From: Eledone cirrhosa
Taxonomy: Eukaryota
NCBI GenBank assembly: GCA_964016885.1
Contig: OZ024741.1
Span: forward strand, 228,718,001-228,782,000
DNA: 64,000 nucleotides
Reading direction: 5' to 3'
How positions within the stretch are numbered: position 1 is the first letter of the stretch; each line of letters opens with the position of its first letter. The notes below the pieces were generated by a model, which was not told where the DNA came from, made no database searches, and saw only the letters and a program-made list of their open reading frames with translations. Positions 39,002 through 51,809 of this stretch are shown here, piece after piece. Made by a program: the position numbers and the translations under genes.

Positions 39002-41233
39002 TAACCAACTGGAAATCACCAGGCCCAGATGGTGTGCAGGGGTATTGGATTAAACATTTAACATCCCTCCACCCGAAGCTGACGGCCATGTTCAATGACT
39101 GCTTGGTGTCGGGTGAGGTGCCAGAGTGGTTGACAAAAGGTACCACAGTTCTGATAATGAAAGACCGAATCAAGGGTAATGATGTTACCAACTATAGACC
39201 TATCACATGTCTGCCCGTAATGTGGAAACTGTTGACGAGCATTGTGTCTGAGGAAATCTACCATCACCTCCACACAAACAACTTGTTACCGGACGAACAG
39301 AAAGGATGCCGAAAGAAGTCACGTGGTACAAAGGACCAGTTGCTTATTGATAAGATGGTAATGGGGAATTGCAGGAGGAGACACACTGATCTTGCCATGG
39401 GATGGATAGACTACAGAAAGGCGTTTGACATGGTGCCTCATTCCTGGATCACCAAAAGCCTGGAGATCTTCAGGGTGGCAGATAACATCAGACAGTTGCT
39501 GGGCAGGAGTATGGGGTCCTGGGAGACAGAGTTGACATCAACTGGAGTACCCTTGGGAAGCGTGAAGATCAAGAGAGGTATCTTCCAGGGAGATAGCCTG
39601 TCCTCTCTGTTTGTCCTTGCCCTGATGCCCTTGCCCTGATGCCCTTGACCATTATGCTGCGAAAAGTGAGAGCAGGATACAAGCTGGGAAGGGGAGAGCT
39701 TACCATCAACCACCTCCTCTTCATGGACGATCTTAAGCTCTTCGGGAAAAGTGAGAAGGAGTTGGATGTGCTTGTTGACACTGTCCGTATTTTCAGCAGT
39801 GATATATGTATGCAGTTTGGTATTGGTAAATGTGGAGTCATTGTGATGAAGAGGGGTAGGTTGAGCAGAAGTAACGGGATCCAGATACCAACAGGTGAGA
39901 TGATAAAGGAAATTGACTCTGAGGAAGGATACAAGTATTTGGGCGTTCTGGAGGCTGATGGCATAAAGAACAAAAAAATGAAGGAATTGTTAAGAACTGA
40001 ATACATTCGGAGAGTAAGGAGCGTATTGAAGTCACATCTGAACAGCAGAAATGCCATAAGCGCAGTAAATTCCCGAGCTGTGTCTATTATTAGGTACAGT
40101 GCGGGAATTCTGAGATGGAATGTTGCTGAACAAAAAGAAATGGATAGGAAGACTAGGAAGCTATTGACTATCTACAACATGTTCCACAAGAGGAGTGATG
40201 TCGATAGACTCTACCTAAGGAGATCTGAGGGTGGAAGAGGTCTTATCAGCATAGAGGACTGTGTTCAGATGGAGAAAAACAACCTATACAAATACGTGAC
40301 CTATAGTAAGGAGCCAATGCTCAGAACTGTACTGAAGGAGGGGACAGTAGGCCAGGGGATGTCCAAGGAGGAAATAACATCAAGGAGGAAGAGCAGCCTT
40401 AAGGGAAAATCCCTTCATAGTACCTTCTTTGAGAAAACTGAATTTAGAGATCCACAGACATGGAACTGGTTGAGAAGAGGAGACCTCAAAAAGGCTACAG
40501 AAGGAATGCTAATGGCTGCGCAGGAGCAGGCCCTCAAAACGAAGTGGTTGAAGCACCATATCTACAAGCAGGAGGCTAGCCCACTGTGCAGGATCTGTGG
40601 AGAGAGAGAGGAGACTGTGGCTCACATTGTGTCCGAGTGTAAACACCTAGCCCAGACCCACTATAAGGGCTGGAGACACGATGTGATGGACAGGGTGATC
40701 CACTGGCACCTGTGCAAAGTAAACAATTTACCACATTCTGAGAAATGGTATGAGCATAGGCCAGAGGCGGTGATGGAGAACAATCAGGTGAAGGTGCTGT
40801 GGGATTTTAGGATACAGACGGACAAAAAACTGGAACACAATAGACCTGACCTGGTGGTTGTGGACAAAGAAAAAAGATCGTGCCTGATTGTGGATGTGGC
40901 CTGCCCGTTCGACACGAGAGTGCAAGAGAAGGAGAGGGAGAAAATTAACCGATACCAGGACCTAAAGTGGGAGGTGAAAAGGATTTGGAACTGCCATGAA
41001 GTCAAAGTGATCCCGATTGTCATAGGCGCACTGGGGACTATCTCCAAAAGTTTCCAGGGATGGTTAAAGAAAATCGGCCCCTTCACGCTTTTTGGAACGC
41101 TTCAAAAGGCATGCTTGCTTGGAACAGCAAGAACCCTCCGATACGTCCTGAATATCTGAGGCTGCAGGTAGTGGCTTGATATTCAATCCAACGGACTTTC
41201 CAGTTAACCAACATCAATGACTGAGATTCAAGG
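38999..41233 (+). mobile_element. R4/Dong-clade element, family A, copy 3 (5'-truncated)
   Basis: Almost identical to copy 1; one frameshift from a 14-bp tandem duplication (CTTGCCCTGATGCC) plus a 3-bp loss at about 39600-39645; (AAT)n both sides. Confidence 0.92.
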
Positions 41234-41239
41234 AATAAC

Positions 41240-41284
<45 letters not shown>

Positions 41285-41319
41285 GGCAATTTCACCACCA
41301 CCACCACCAATCCTAGCAT

Positions 41320-44300
41320 AATAATAATGATTTCTTTATTGGCCACAAGGGCTGACATCAAGAAAAACATTACAGACGGCACAGGACGGTACAGGACGGT
41401 ACGATGTGGGTTTTGTGCGTGTAAAGATTTTTATTATTTATACAAGAAAAGAAAAAAAGACATAGAAACATATATATATATATATATATAAACAATAAAA
41501 ATGAAAATTGAAACAATGAAAAATTTCCCCAATAGGGGGGAAACCTCCGAGAGTTACTCGTGGCGAAAACCACACAAGAGACCACGGCCACCCTGACCAC
41601 CAGGGCAAGCGCCCTCTCTCAATTTTTCTATCTCTCAAACTACAGACGTATATTCAGAGCGGTCCCGTTCACTTCTCGCTACATTCACCCACCTTTCAAC
41701 AAACTTGGCAGAAAAAAAGCACTTGCCTCTCCACCCTGATTTTCCTCTTCAAGTCAAACTTGAAAAAGTTAATTATGGATTCGCCGAAGAGGAAAGTGTC
41801 TGTCTTTAACCCTTTCAACCTTGTCCACCACACAATCTCTTTCGCCATGACCACCAGGCAGATGAAAACCGCCTTCCCTTCCTCCTCGAAGGAAGACGGC
41901 GAGACCATCTGCACAATGGACTCAGTCGATAACCGGATCAGACAAACACGCGACAACAACTGTTCGACATAGCTCCACAAGTCAACAATGCTCGGGCACT
42001 GAACGAGTACGTGCACTCTGCGCGCATCTCAGACAGGCTCGGCTGACGGCACTTCCGTGCCTGTAGAGCTTATCTCGAACCGGCAGCGCTCCCCGGTAGC
42101 ACTGCCAGGCCAGGGATTTTTGGAAGTTATCCATAGGCCCTGGGCTGAAAGTTCTCCGAGGACGTCGTCGCTTTTCCCCTCCACTAGTCCTCTATAGAAC
42201 GCCGAGGTGAATGTTCCACCGATACTGGTGCCCAGCTGGCAGAGGGCAGTGAGCGCCTGGAGACATTCCAGTTTCCAAGCGCTATCCCTCGGTCTTTTTC
42301 TGACCCAGGACTGCAGCTCCGTCAAGGAGACGAGCTGTGGGAAAATGTGCCTGGCGCCGGCGACCACACCTGTTCACCGTCAAGGAAGCACCAGAGATGT
42401 CGCAGCCTCAGCGTATGTTTGCGCATCATCAGCCATGGCATGCCCTGTCCTCCACGCAACCGGTGTTGACAGCAGATGGATCGTCTGACCATGGGATCGC
42501 GTCCATTCCACAAAAAGCGGAAGAGGAGGCGCTCCATTTTGGTGAGAGTTGGGCCGGAGCAAGGGACGACAGTGAGGCGGTAGTATATGACGGATGCGAT
42601 GTACGCATTCGCCACCTCCGCACGGCCTTTCAGGGACAGCTTCCTTTCGGCTCATTTCTGGGTGAGGGAGGCCACCTTGCTCGTCACCTCGTTCCAGTTT
42701 TTCTCCATCTGAAGGTCTGGTCCGAACCAGACCCCGAGCAATTTAATCGGTCCTTCCGTCCAACGCCCCACGACGCTGTTGGACGGCATAGACTTGCCTC
42801 TCCTGGTGCCGGCCGGCAAGCCCACCGACTTTTCCTGGTTTATCTTTGCTTCTGTCACCGCTTCGTATTCCTTGAGAGCGGTGCCGAGAATCTGGACGTG
42901 TCTGGTGCTCGACACCAATCCGGCGATGTCGTCGGCGTAAGCCGACTCAGATTTCCCGCATCCTAGTTCGCGTGGGACGCCGCTCATCGCCCCCAGTTTG
43001 TGCAGTAACGGCTCGAGAGCCAATACGTACAAGAGGGACGAGAGTGGACAACCCTGGCGGACCGAGCGCATGATGCTGAACAGCTGCGACAGGTGAACGT
43101 TCATCCTCACAACTGAGCAGATGTCGCTGTACATTGCTGCGATCCAACCCCTGAAAACGGGCCCGAAATCGGCTGCCTCGAGGACCGCCGCCAGGTACCG
43201 ATGGTCGACCCTATCGAATACCTTATCGAATACCTTATCGAATGCTTTGGATTGATCCAAGTTGATCAGAGCCCCACCCGTGCCAGGTTCCTTAACCACC
43301 CTCTCTATGATGTATCGCATGAGGTGGAGGTTGTCGTTAACGTATCTGTCCGGAATGGCGCATGTCTGCGCCTCTCCCACCACACCCTTGACGACAAGCG
43401 CCAACCTCGTTGATAACACCTTGGCCCAAATCATGAACTCTGCGTTAGGCAGAGTTATGGGCCGGAAATTATCGATAACATCCCCCTTGTTCGGGTCTTT
43501 TTTCTGCAGCGCCAACGCTCCCCGACTCACAAATCTGGGAATGCTCCCGTTCTGCTGCCAGTTGCAGTAGACGTCTGCCAAGAGGTCAGCGAACAAGTCT
43601 GGCATAAAGCTCGTAGGGCAGACCATTCAAACCTGGCGATTTACCCCTCGTGCAGTTAGCCATCGTATTTCACGGGCTGTTATTGGCTTTTCGTAACGCT
43701 GTGCTGCGGTCGTCGAGAGCCGAGGTAGTCCGTCGAGGTATGCACTGAAGTCCATGACCCAATCCGGGCCGCCGCTGCCCCCGAACAGTTCAGCACAGTG
43801 CTGCTGAAAAGCTTCACCCATCCCCTCGGGTTCGAGCATCACGCACCCGTTTTGGTCAGATAAGGACCGAATTGTGGCTTTGTTGCCACGTCGCGCCTCT
43901 GCCACCCGGGCCCATTGGACGGCTTTTGTCCCCTCGTGTTGCAGGACGGCCAGATTTCTTCAGACGTCTAGAGAAGAATTTGGACATGGACAAACCGCAT
44001 CGGGTCATCCAGATCGTATCTCGATAGGGTATTCTGCAGAGAACTAGACTAGGATAGTATAAGTTGTCCACAATTTAAAATAGTCGACTACACAGACCAC
44101 AAATTTGTGATCTTAGAGATCGACATAGACAGACTACATAGACAAGGGCCCGGTTACTGGAAGCTGAACGCGTCTTTCCCGATGCGTTCAGCTTCCAGTA
44201 ACGGGGCCCTTGTCTATGTAGTCTGTCTATGTCGATCTCTAAGATCACAAATTTGTGGTCTGTGTAGTCGACTATTTTAAATTGTGGACAACTTATACTA

Positions 44301-47080
44301 GCCTAGTCTAGTTCTCTGCAGAATACCCTATCGAGATACGATCTAGATGACCCGATGCGGTTTGTCCATGTCCACATTCGTCTCTAGACGTCTGAAGAAA
44401 TCTGGCCGTCCTGCCCCTGTTGGGGCGTAGACCGCTACTAGCCTGAAAGCATTGCCTTCGCTGCCGGTCACGTCCAGCACCACCGACTTACCTTCTGGGT
44501 CTAGGAAAATGGCCCGTATGGCGAGATCCAAGCCTCTCCGAAAAAGGACGGCAACCTCTCCCCCCGATCCTGAACGGCTGGGAGATGCGTATACATCGTA
44601 GCCGCCGAGAATCGGTGCGAAGGCTTATGCTTCGGAGATTCTGGCCTCGCTGACGGCCACCACATCTATGTTTAGTAACCTGAGGTCATTAAGAAGGTCA
44701 CCGTGCTTCCAAGATGACCCCAGGCCACGTGCATTTATACTGCCTATTCTGAGTACGGCCATATTGGATGAGAAACGGGGCAAGTGAGAAAGGGTCACTT
44801 ACCTTTATCGTGTGGTGAAGGGACAGTAGAACCGGCCCTTTGGATGGTCATGGGTGTTTCCAATAGGATGTCAGTGAATATCCTCTTGGTAACCGACCCT
44901 CTGAAGTCTCCAACTGCGTTGGGGAATTTTTGTTTTAAAGGTTTGTACTGTTCTATTGAGATTTCAATGATGCTTATGTTTGTGGGGAGAGTTCTTGGTG
45001 TTGGTGGGGTGTAGTAGTTTTTTTTCTGTGATGTCTGTGTGCTGCTTTATATATTGTATGAGTTCTTTTTTGCCATGTTTATGGCCCTGTACCTTTTGGG
45101 GGGAGGGGTGATTTTGTTGCTGTTTTCTTCTTGTTGCTGTTTGGTGTGTGTGTTTTGTTTTGTTTGCGCTGTTAGTGTTTTTGGTGATGCTGATGGTGGT
45201 GTGGTTGTTGTTGGCGGTGGTGCTTGTGGTAGTGATGGTGATGGTGGTGGTGTTGCTGCAAGTTTCCTTGCTGCCTTTACCCCCCCCCCCCCTCCCTTTG
45301 TGTGCCTTCTCTTTTGGAGGGTGAATCTAAGGGCTTTTTGTTTTTTTGTTTTTGTGGCAGACCGTTTGCAACTTCACTCCCGCCTCAAACTCGAGGTCGG
45401 ATTCCGTGGCTTCTGGGAGGGGTTTGTGCTCCACGGCTGTTTGTGGTGGTAGTGGGGCCCTCTTCGGCAATTTTGTTGTTGGTGTAGCTACTTCAAATGT
45501 AACTATTGGTGTAGCCGCCACTGATGCTGCTGCTTTAGTTGTCAGTGGCCTTGGTACGGGTGCCACGGACATTGCCCTCCTACTCACCGTGGAAGGGGCT
45601 TCTGCGTTTGTTGCCTGCCCTGATCTTGGTAGCAGCAGACCAGGTATTGGAAGGAGAGGGGCCTTCTTCTTCGCTGTCTTCTGTGGGCAAAAGGCCCTGA
45701 GGTGACCCTTCGACCCAGAGAGATAACATTTTGGCCGTCTTCCTTCTACACTTATAGGGAGTTTGAGTCCTTCCTCGAGGTCTATGATATCGGGGATAGC
45801 GTCGATACATTCCTGGTCAGTTTGTATAAGCATTTGCATGCCTATACCTGACTAGTTCGCTCTCCCTATTTTCTCTACTTGCAGCATGGTCGTCCTGTCC
45901 TCGATTCCAGCAAGGACAGATGCGGCCAGCCAAGGTATGTGCACGTCAGGTGGGACCTGGGTCACTTTGACCCTCACAGTTTTCTGCCTGCAGTAGGAGG
46001 GCACCAAGACTATCTCCTCACTCTTTAGGGTTTCCAAAGAGTGAGACTTCGCTTCCTGGGGAGTGGCGAAACGTACGTCTACTGTGGCATACATTCTGCC
46101 TCGGGTAATGTGGGTTTTGCGTGCCCAGACGCACCCCAAGACCTTTGGGATTTGAGCCTCCGTGGCTCTCTCCACCCGATGTGAGATTTTGTTTACAGTG
46201 CGGTAAGTCACCGTTCGTAACTGCTGGTCCTTCAAAAAATCGAGTGGAGGTTTCAGGGAGACTCTATTGGCGCTTCTTGTCACCATGGCCCTTGCGACTG
46301 CCATCTCCTCCTTTGTGACTAACACTGTCTCGATATTTCGGGCGACACCTGCAAAAAAAGTGGCCCCTTTTTCAGCAGCACCACTATTACTGCCGCTACT
46401 AGTCTTACTGGTGGTGCAGAGATCGCTATTACAGGTATCGGTGTCATTGTTGTTGTTTTCGTTGGTACAGTTGTTGGTGTTGTTGTTGTTGCTTTCGTTG
46501 ATACTGTTGCTGTTGTTACTGTTATTGTGGCAGTTGTCATTATTGTTGTTTTTGTTGATACTGTTCCTACTATTATTGTTGTTGTGGCTGTTGTTATTGT
46601 CATTGTTATTGTCGTTATCGACTTTACCGCTGTTATTTTTGTTGTTGCTGTTGTTATTGATGGTGTTGTTGTTGGTGTTATTGTTGGTGTTGTTTGTGTT
46701 AGAAATATTTGGTAATTTTAAATCTGTAACAATCCTCTTTCCCTTTGTAATATTTTCGTTTATATTTACCTCCGCTGGAACGCTGTCTTGTTGACATGCT
46801 GATAAATTCTCCCTCCCTCTGTGTTGTCTGACAGCGCGCTCTCTCTCTTTCTTGTGTTATCCATGTTGAAATTTTTTTTTCAAAAAATATTTTTATACAA
46901 ATACAACACCCCGTAAAGGGGTGCAATATTATTTACGAGTGAAGCCCTGTGTTAGGTGGGTCACTTCTTCTAAACTTTTATCAAATTTAAAACTTGAATA
47001 AAAGGTTTAGAACGGTTGAAAACGAGGTAAACTGTTGAAAAAAAACTGGAGGCGATAAGAAGCGTGGCTTCACCTTCGAT
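41320..47080 (-). pseudogene. Tx1/L1-clade LINE, near full-length, decayed
   Basis: ORF1 remnants (start near 46797; knuckle CYLSGSKGHLRAFCP); ORF2 APE (SINARGL, VAVYAP, YLDRV, TDH, YWKLN), RT (NFRPITL, LDQSKAFD, RQGCPLS, AYADD), C-terminal HVLVQCP; AATAAA + (ATT)n at 3' end; 5' boundary approximate. Confidence 0.88.
43941..44414. repeat. 474-bp near-perfect palindrome inside the Tx1 endonuclease region
   Basis: GCAGGACGGCCAG...AAGCTGAACGC-GTCTTTCCCGAT-GCGTTCAGCTT...CTGGCCGTCCTGC; only a few mismatches. Confidence 0.95.
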
Positions 47081-47624
47081 AATGTTTAATTCAAATATTA
47101 AGACAATATGTCAACACATATATTAAACATACGCAACAAACCACATAGATACACCGATCAAACAAACGCATACTACTACAGTCTATTCAACAAAACTCAG
47201 TAACGACAACGCCATCACAATAGTCACCGCCGCCACCACTCCATCATTGCTACCACTATCCCATCACCGCCGCCACCACTCCTTCATTGCTACCACCACT
47301 ATTCCCCCACTACCATCTATTAACTTAAGAAAGGGGAAGGTGGCGGTATCACTAGGCAAGGGAGAGGCTAGCAAAATATATAAATAGGCTGACTTAGTGA
47401 CCCGGTCAAACATCAACGACTATGGCACTGCTGGCTCCCCCCTTCCCCACCAACAATAGAAAAAGCCCCAGCACCACCACCGACATAGCCAACAACAATA
47501 ACAGGCAACTTCAACAAAAAATATATTATATTATTAATAATAATTTCATTCATAAGCCACGCAATGCTCACATTAAGGAACCACTCATGATAATAACAAT
47601 TTAAAAAAACAACAAAAAAGAAAA

Positions 47625-50600
47625 CCCCGTGACCAAGAAATACCGGGATGGCGGCCGGCGGGGAATAGTCGTGTCTCTAGAGGAGGATGACCCGTCTAGT
47701 CTCGGTTGACACTCGTCCTAGAAGTGGTAACACGAAATGATTACCCCTTGGCGGGTAAGGATAAAACGCGACAAAATAAAGTAAATGTCAAATGATAAAA
47801 TCTCATACCGGATCGGCCGTCACCCGGGTCAAAAAGGGCCGCGTCCCTCAGAGAGGAACCAGGTTGGGGTCGAAAAATCAGCTAACGGTTCAAACCTTTC
47901 CATCACTTCGGAGCTGGGGACCTCCCATAACCGGAATACTCCTACTGTTGGCCCTCCATGCTCACCACCAAGAATCGAATACAGAACAGACATATATCAA
48001 CTGGATAAAGAAACATCCCGAAAACAGAGGCTATATTGACAGTAACAAACTAGCCAATATACGAAGAAATATTGTTAAAAAAAGTTACTAACTGATATAG
48101 AAATTGATCAGATCAAGCTATTAGCACAAAGTCAGCGAATGGAAAATGAAACATGTGTCAGTGAAAACGAGGTAAATTGTAACACTTCGAATCTCAGCGT
48201 TGGGGCAGAATCACTGACAACAGAACAAATTAAAGAAAGGATCTAAAAAGTGGAGGGAGTGCATGCTCAGGATGAAACTCAAAATGAAAACAATGAGATC
48301 GTAAATGATAAAGAAATGAATGAGAATGAACTTACCAACTTGAATGATGAAATTATGATCGAATGGATGACAATGAAAGAATCTGACATGGGGAAACGAG
48401 ACACTCTCCCTAAGATCCAGAACTCCAAACAGAACCAAAAGATAAAACACAAGACTAACATAATTCTCAAAAACATTATCATCACAAACAAACTAAACAT
48501 TACTGATTTAAATCATCTCTATTATGCATCGGCTAAAGTCACCACTCACTTATGTGGAGTGAAAATGAAAAAACAAAGGAATTCCCACAAGAAATCTACA
48601 TGGCAAGAGAACATCAATCGCCATATAAAGCATCTCCGATCAGACATAGAAATTTTAACAAACTACAAAGGAGGTTAACATGTTAAACAAACTAAACTTA
48701 GAAAATTGAAAGAAAATACAGTATAAAATCAACAAGTGACATAGACATGCTGATAGAAATAATCAAGCAAAAAGTGTCGGCCAAAGCTGCTCGTATAAGG
48801 TGCTTTGAAAAACGATCTAGATTCTATAAGGACAATAATATGTTCAAAAACAACCAAAGAAACTTCTACATAAAAATTGGCAAGTCAACAATAACTGCTA
48901 AATCAATACCACCCAAGGAGGAAGTGCAAGAATCCTGCGAAAAGATCTGGACCGAAGAAAAAGTTCATAATATACATGCCCCATGGATAGACAGACAAAT
49001 GAAAGATACAGCTCACCTCGAGGAACAAATATGGGAAAATATAACAGTTGAACAGTTGCGTTTGGCTCTTAGAAAAACCAGCAAATGGAAATCCCAGGAA
49101 AAGACAAAATACCAAATTTTTGAATAAATGCCTTCACAGAGTCTCATGAGCTGTTAGCCCAACTTTACAATGATATAGTGAAGGAGCCAGAAAAGATACC
49201 ATCTAGTTAACGGCATTACATTCCTGCTTCCGAAGAATGATGAGACAAACAATCCCAAAAATTACAGACCGATAACTTGCTTGAACACAATGTATAAAAT
49301 TTTAACATCAGTCCTCACTGAATGTACATATGACCACCTGATAACAAATGATCTATTTACCAATGAGCAGAAAGGGTGTAAAAGAGGCTCATATGGCTGT
49401 AAGGATCAGTTCTTTGGTTAACAAAATGATACTGGAAGACTGTCATAATAGACACAAAAATCTATCAATGGCTTGGATAGATTATAAAAAAAGCATTCGA
49501 TAGTTTGCCACACAGTTGGACTGAAAAATGTTTAGAGATTTTCAAAATATCTCCCGTTGTCAGGAGGTTCCTGTCATTCAGTATGCAGACATGGAATACG
49601 ACACTCCTTTTGAATAGTGAAAACAAATCACTGGAAGCTGGAGAAGTTAATATTAATTGTGGAATTTTTCAGGGTGACTCTTTATCACCGCTTTTATTCT
49701 GCATCGCACTTATACCATTAAGTAAAATGCTCAATGAAACAAAACATGGTCTATGGTCTATGGTCTATGACAAAACCATTAATCAGTTGTTCTACATGGA
49801 TGACCTGAAACTATTTGCAAAAAATGATGAACAATTGCAAGGGCTATTATCGACTGTGGAGTTGTTCAGTGATGACATTAAAATGGAGTTTGGACTAGAT
49901 AAATGCGCCAAAGCAACGTTCACCAGAGGAAAGCTGCTGAAAATTCAGACATTAATCTTGATCGGGGGAATATGATAAGAGAACTTGATCAAGAGGAAAC
50001 TTACAAATATCTAGGTGTTTGTGAAGGAGACAGAATCAAGCACTCGACAATGACGGAAAGGATAAGGAAGGAATGTTACCGCAGAGTAGAGAGCAATCTT
50101 AAGAACGGAATTGAATGCAAGGAATAGGATCGATGCCATAAACACGCTTGCCATACCAGTAGTAACCTACAGTTACAATGTCATCATCTGGTCAAGCACA
50201 GAAATTGGTAGACTCGATACAAAAATTAGAAAATTCTTAACCATGCACAGAATGCATCACCCTAAGGCAGATACAGATAGAATATATCTCCCTAGGAAAG
50301 ATGGAGGACGTTGGTTATTCCAGTTAGATATTGCGTTGAAAACTGCAACAATTGGATTATCTACATATCTAAGGGAATCACATGATTGGATGATCAAACT
50401 CGTTTTGAAACACGAAAGCATCAAAAGATCATACTCCATTACAAAAGATGCACAAAGATACAGTAATGGACTACACATTTCAGAAGTCCCATTTACTGCT
50501 GAAATGGAAAACACAGAAAAAGCAAAGCAGGTAAAAGTAACTGCAAAGAAAGAACTGCTACAGAAACTGGCTAAGAAATGGCAAGAAAAGCCTCTGTATG

Positions 50601-51490
50601 GAAAATACCCAGAACGAGCTAACAATCCTGATGTTGACAAAACTTTAACCCATCAGTGGTTGGCATCCTCTGGACTAAAATTGGAGACTGAAGGACTGAT
50701 TATATCAGCACAAGATCAGTGTCTGCCAACAAAAAATTACCAAGCCAACATAATAAAAAAAATGGATGCAGCCCATTATGCCGTGTATGTAAAAAAATCC
50801 CAGAGACCATTGACCATATAATTTCAATGTGCAGTCCTATAGCTCCAACCGAATACCTAAACAGGCATGACAGGGCTTCACAATACATACATTGGTTAAT
50901 GTGTAAGCATTTTGACCTGCTCCATCAAAAGAATTGGTGGGAGCATCAAACACCTCCCATACTTGAAAAAGATCACATCTCAATCTTGTGGAACTTTAGC
51001 ATCCAAACAGACCGAAAAATAGATGCAAACAGACCTGATATAATATTGAAAAACTTTCAAAAGAGGGCATGCCTGCTAATTGATATGTCTGTTCCAATAG
51101 ACAAGAATGTATCTATAAAAACATTTGAAAAATTGAGCAAGTATAAGGACCTGGAGATAGAAATTGGAAAAATGTGTAAATTGAGAACTAAAACAATACC
51201 AGTGGTTGTAGGCGCTCTGGGAATGATACCTAAGGGGTCTAATGATTACTTATCGCAAATCCCAGAAAACCCGCGTATAGGAGAAATACAAAAGATAGTA
51301 CTAATGGGAACTGCCCATATACTAAGGAAGATTCTGTCAATATAAGTACATCACAAGTCTAAACACTAAAGATGCATGTGTGAATATGTATGTTCTTTCT
51401 TGAACATGGCGGACCTTGTTGTCTCTTGAGGTCACTGGTTGTGACTTGGTGAATACTCGTATGAACATAAAGCAAGATAAATGCAACTGT
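47625..51490 (+). pseudogene. R4/Dong-clade element, family B, copy 2 (near full-length, decayed)
   Basis: ATG at 47785; colinear with 31549-34739 from 48298; many frameshifts; same 3' end AAATGCAACTGT + (AAT)n; 5' boundary approximate. Confidence 0.9.
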
Positions 51491-51517
51491 AATAATAATA
51501 ATAATAATAATATTAAT

Positions 51518-51809
51518 CACATTCTGAGAAGTGGTATGAGCATTAGCCAGAGTCGGTGATAGAAAACGATCAGGTGAAGGTGCTGTGGGATTTTAGGATA
51601 CAGACGGACAAGAAACTTGAACACAATAGACCTGACCTGGTGGTTGTGGACAAAGAAAAAAGATCGTGCCTGATTGTGGATGTGGCCTGCCCATTCGACA
51701 CGAGAGTGCAAGAGAAGGAGAGGGACAAAATTAACCGATACCAGGACTTAAAGTGGGAGGTAAAAAGGATTTGGAACTGCCATGAGGTAAAAGTGGTCCC
51801 GATTGTTAT
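51518..51809 (+). pseudogene. R4/Dong family A fragment (endonuclease domain only)
   Basis: VKVLWDFRIQTDKKLEHNRPDLVVVD...; starts right after (AAT)n, 3' end cut off by a Penelope-like relic. Confidence 0.88.

Noticed and set aside
47625-47785. HDV-like ribozyme in the Dong B 5' UTR
   Set aside because: GC-rich and plausible by analogy with R2/R4 elements, but I could not assign P1-P4 by eye; needs a descriptor search.
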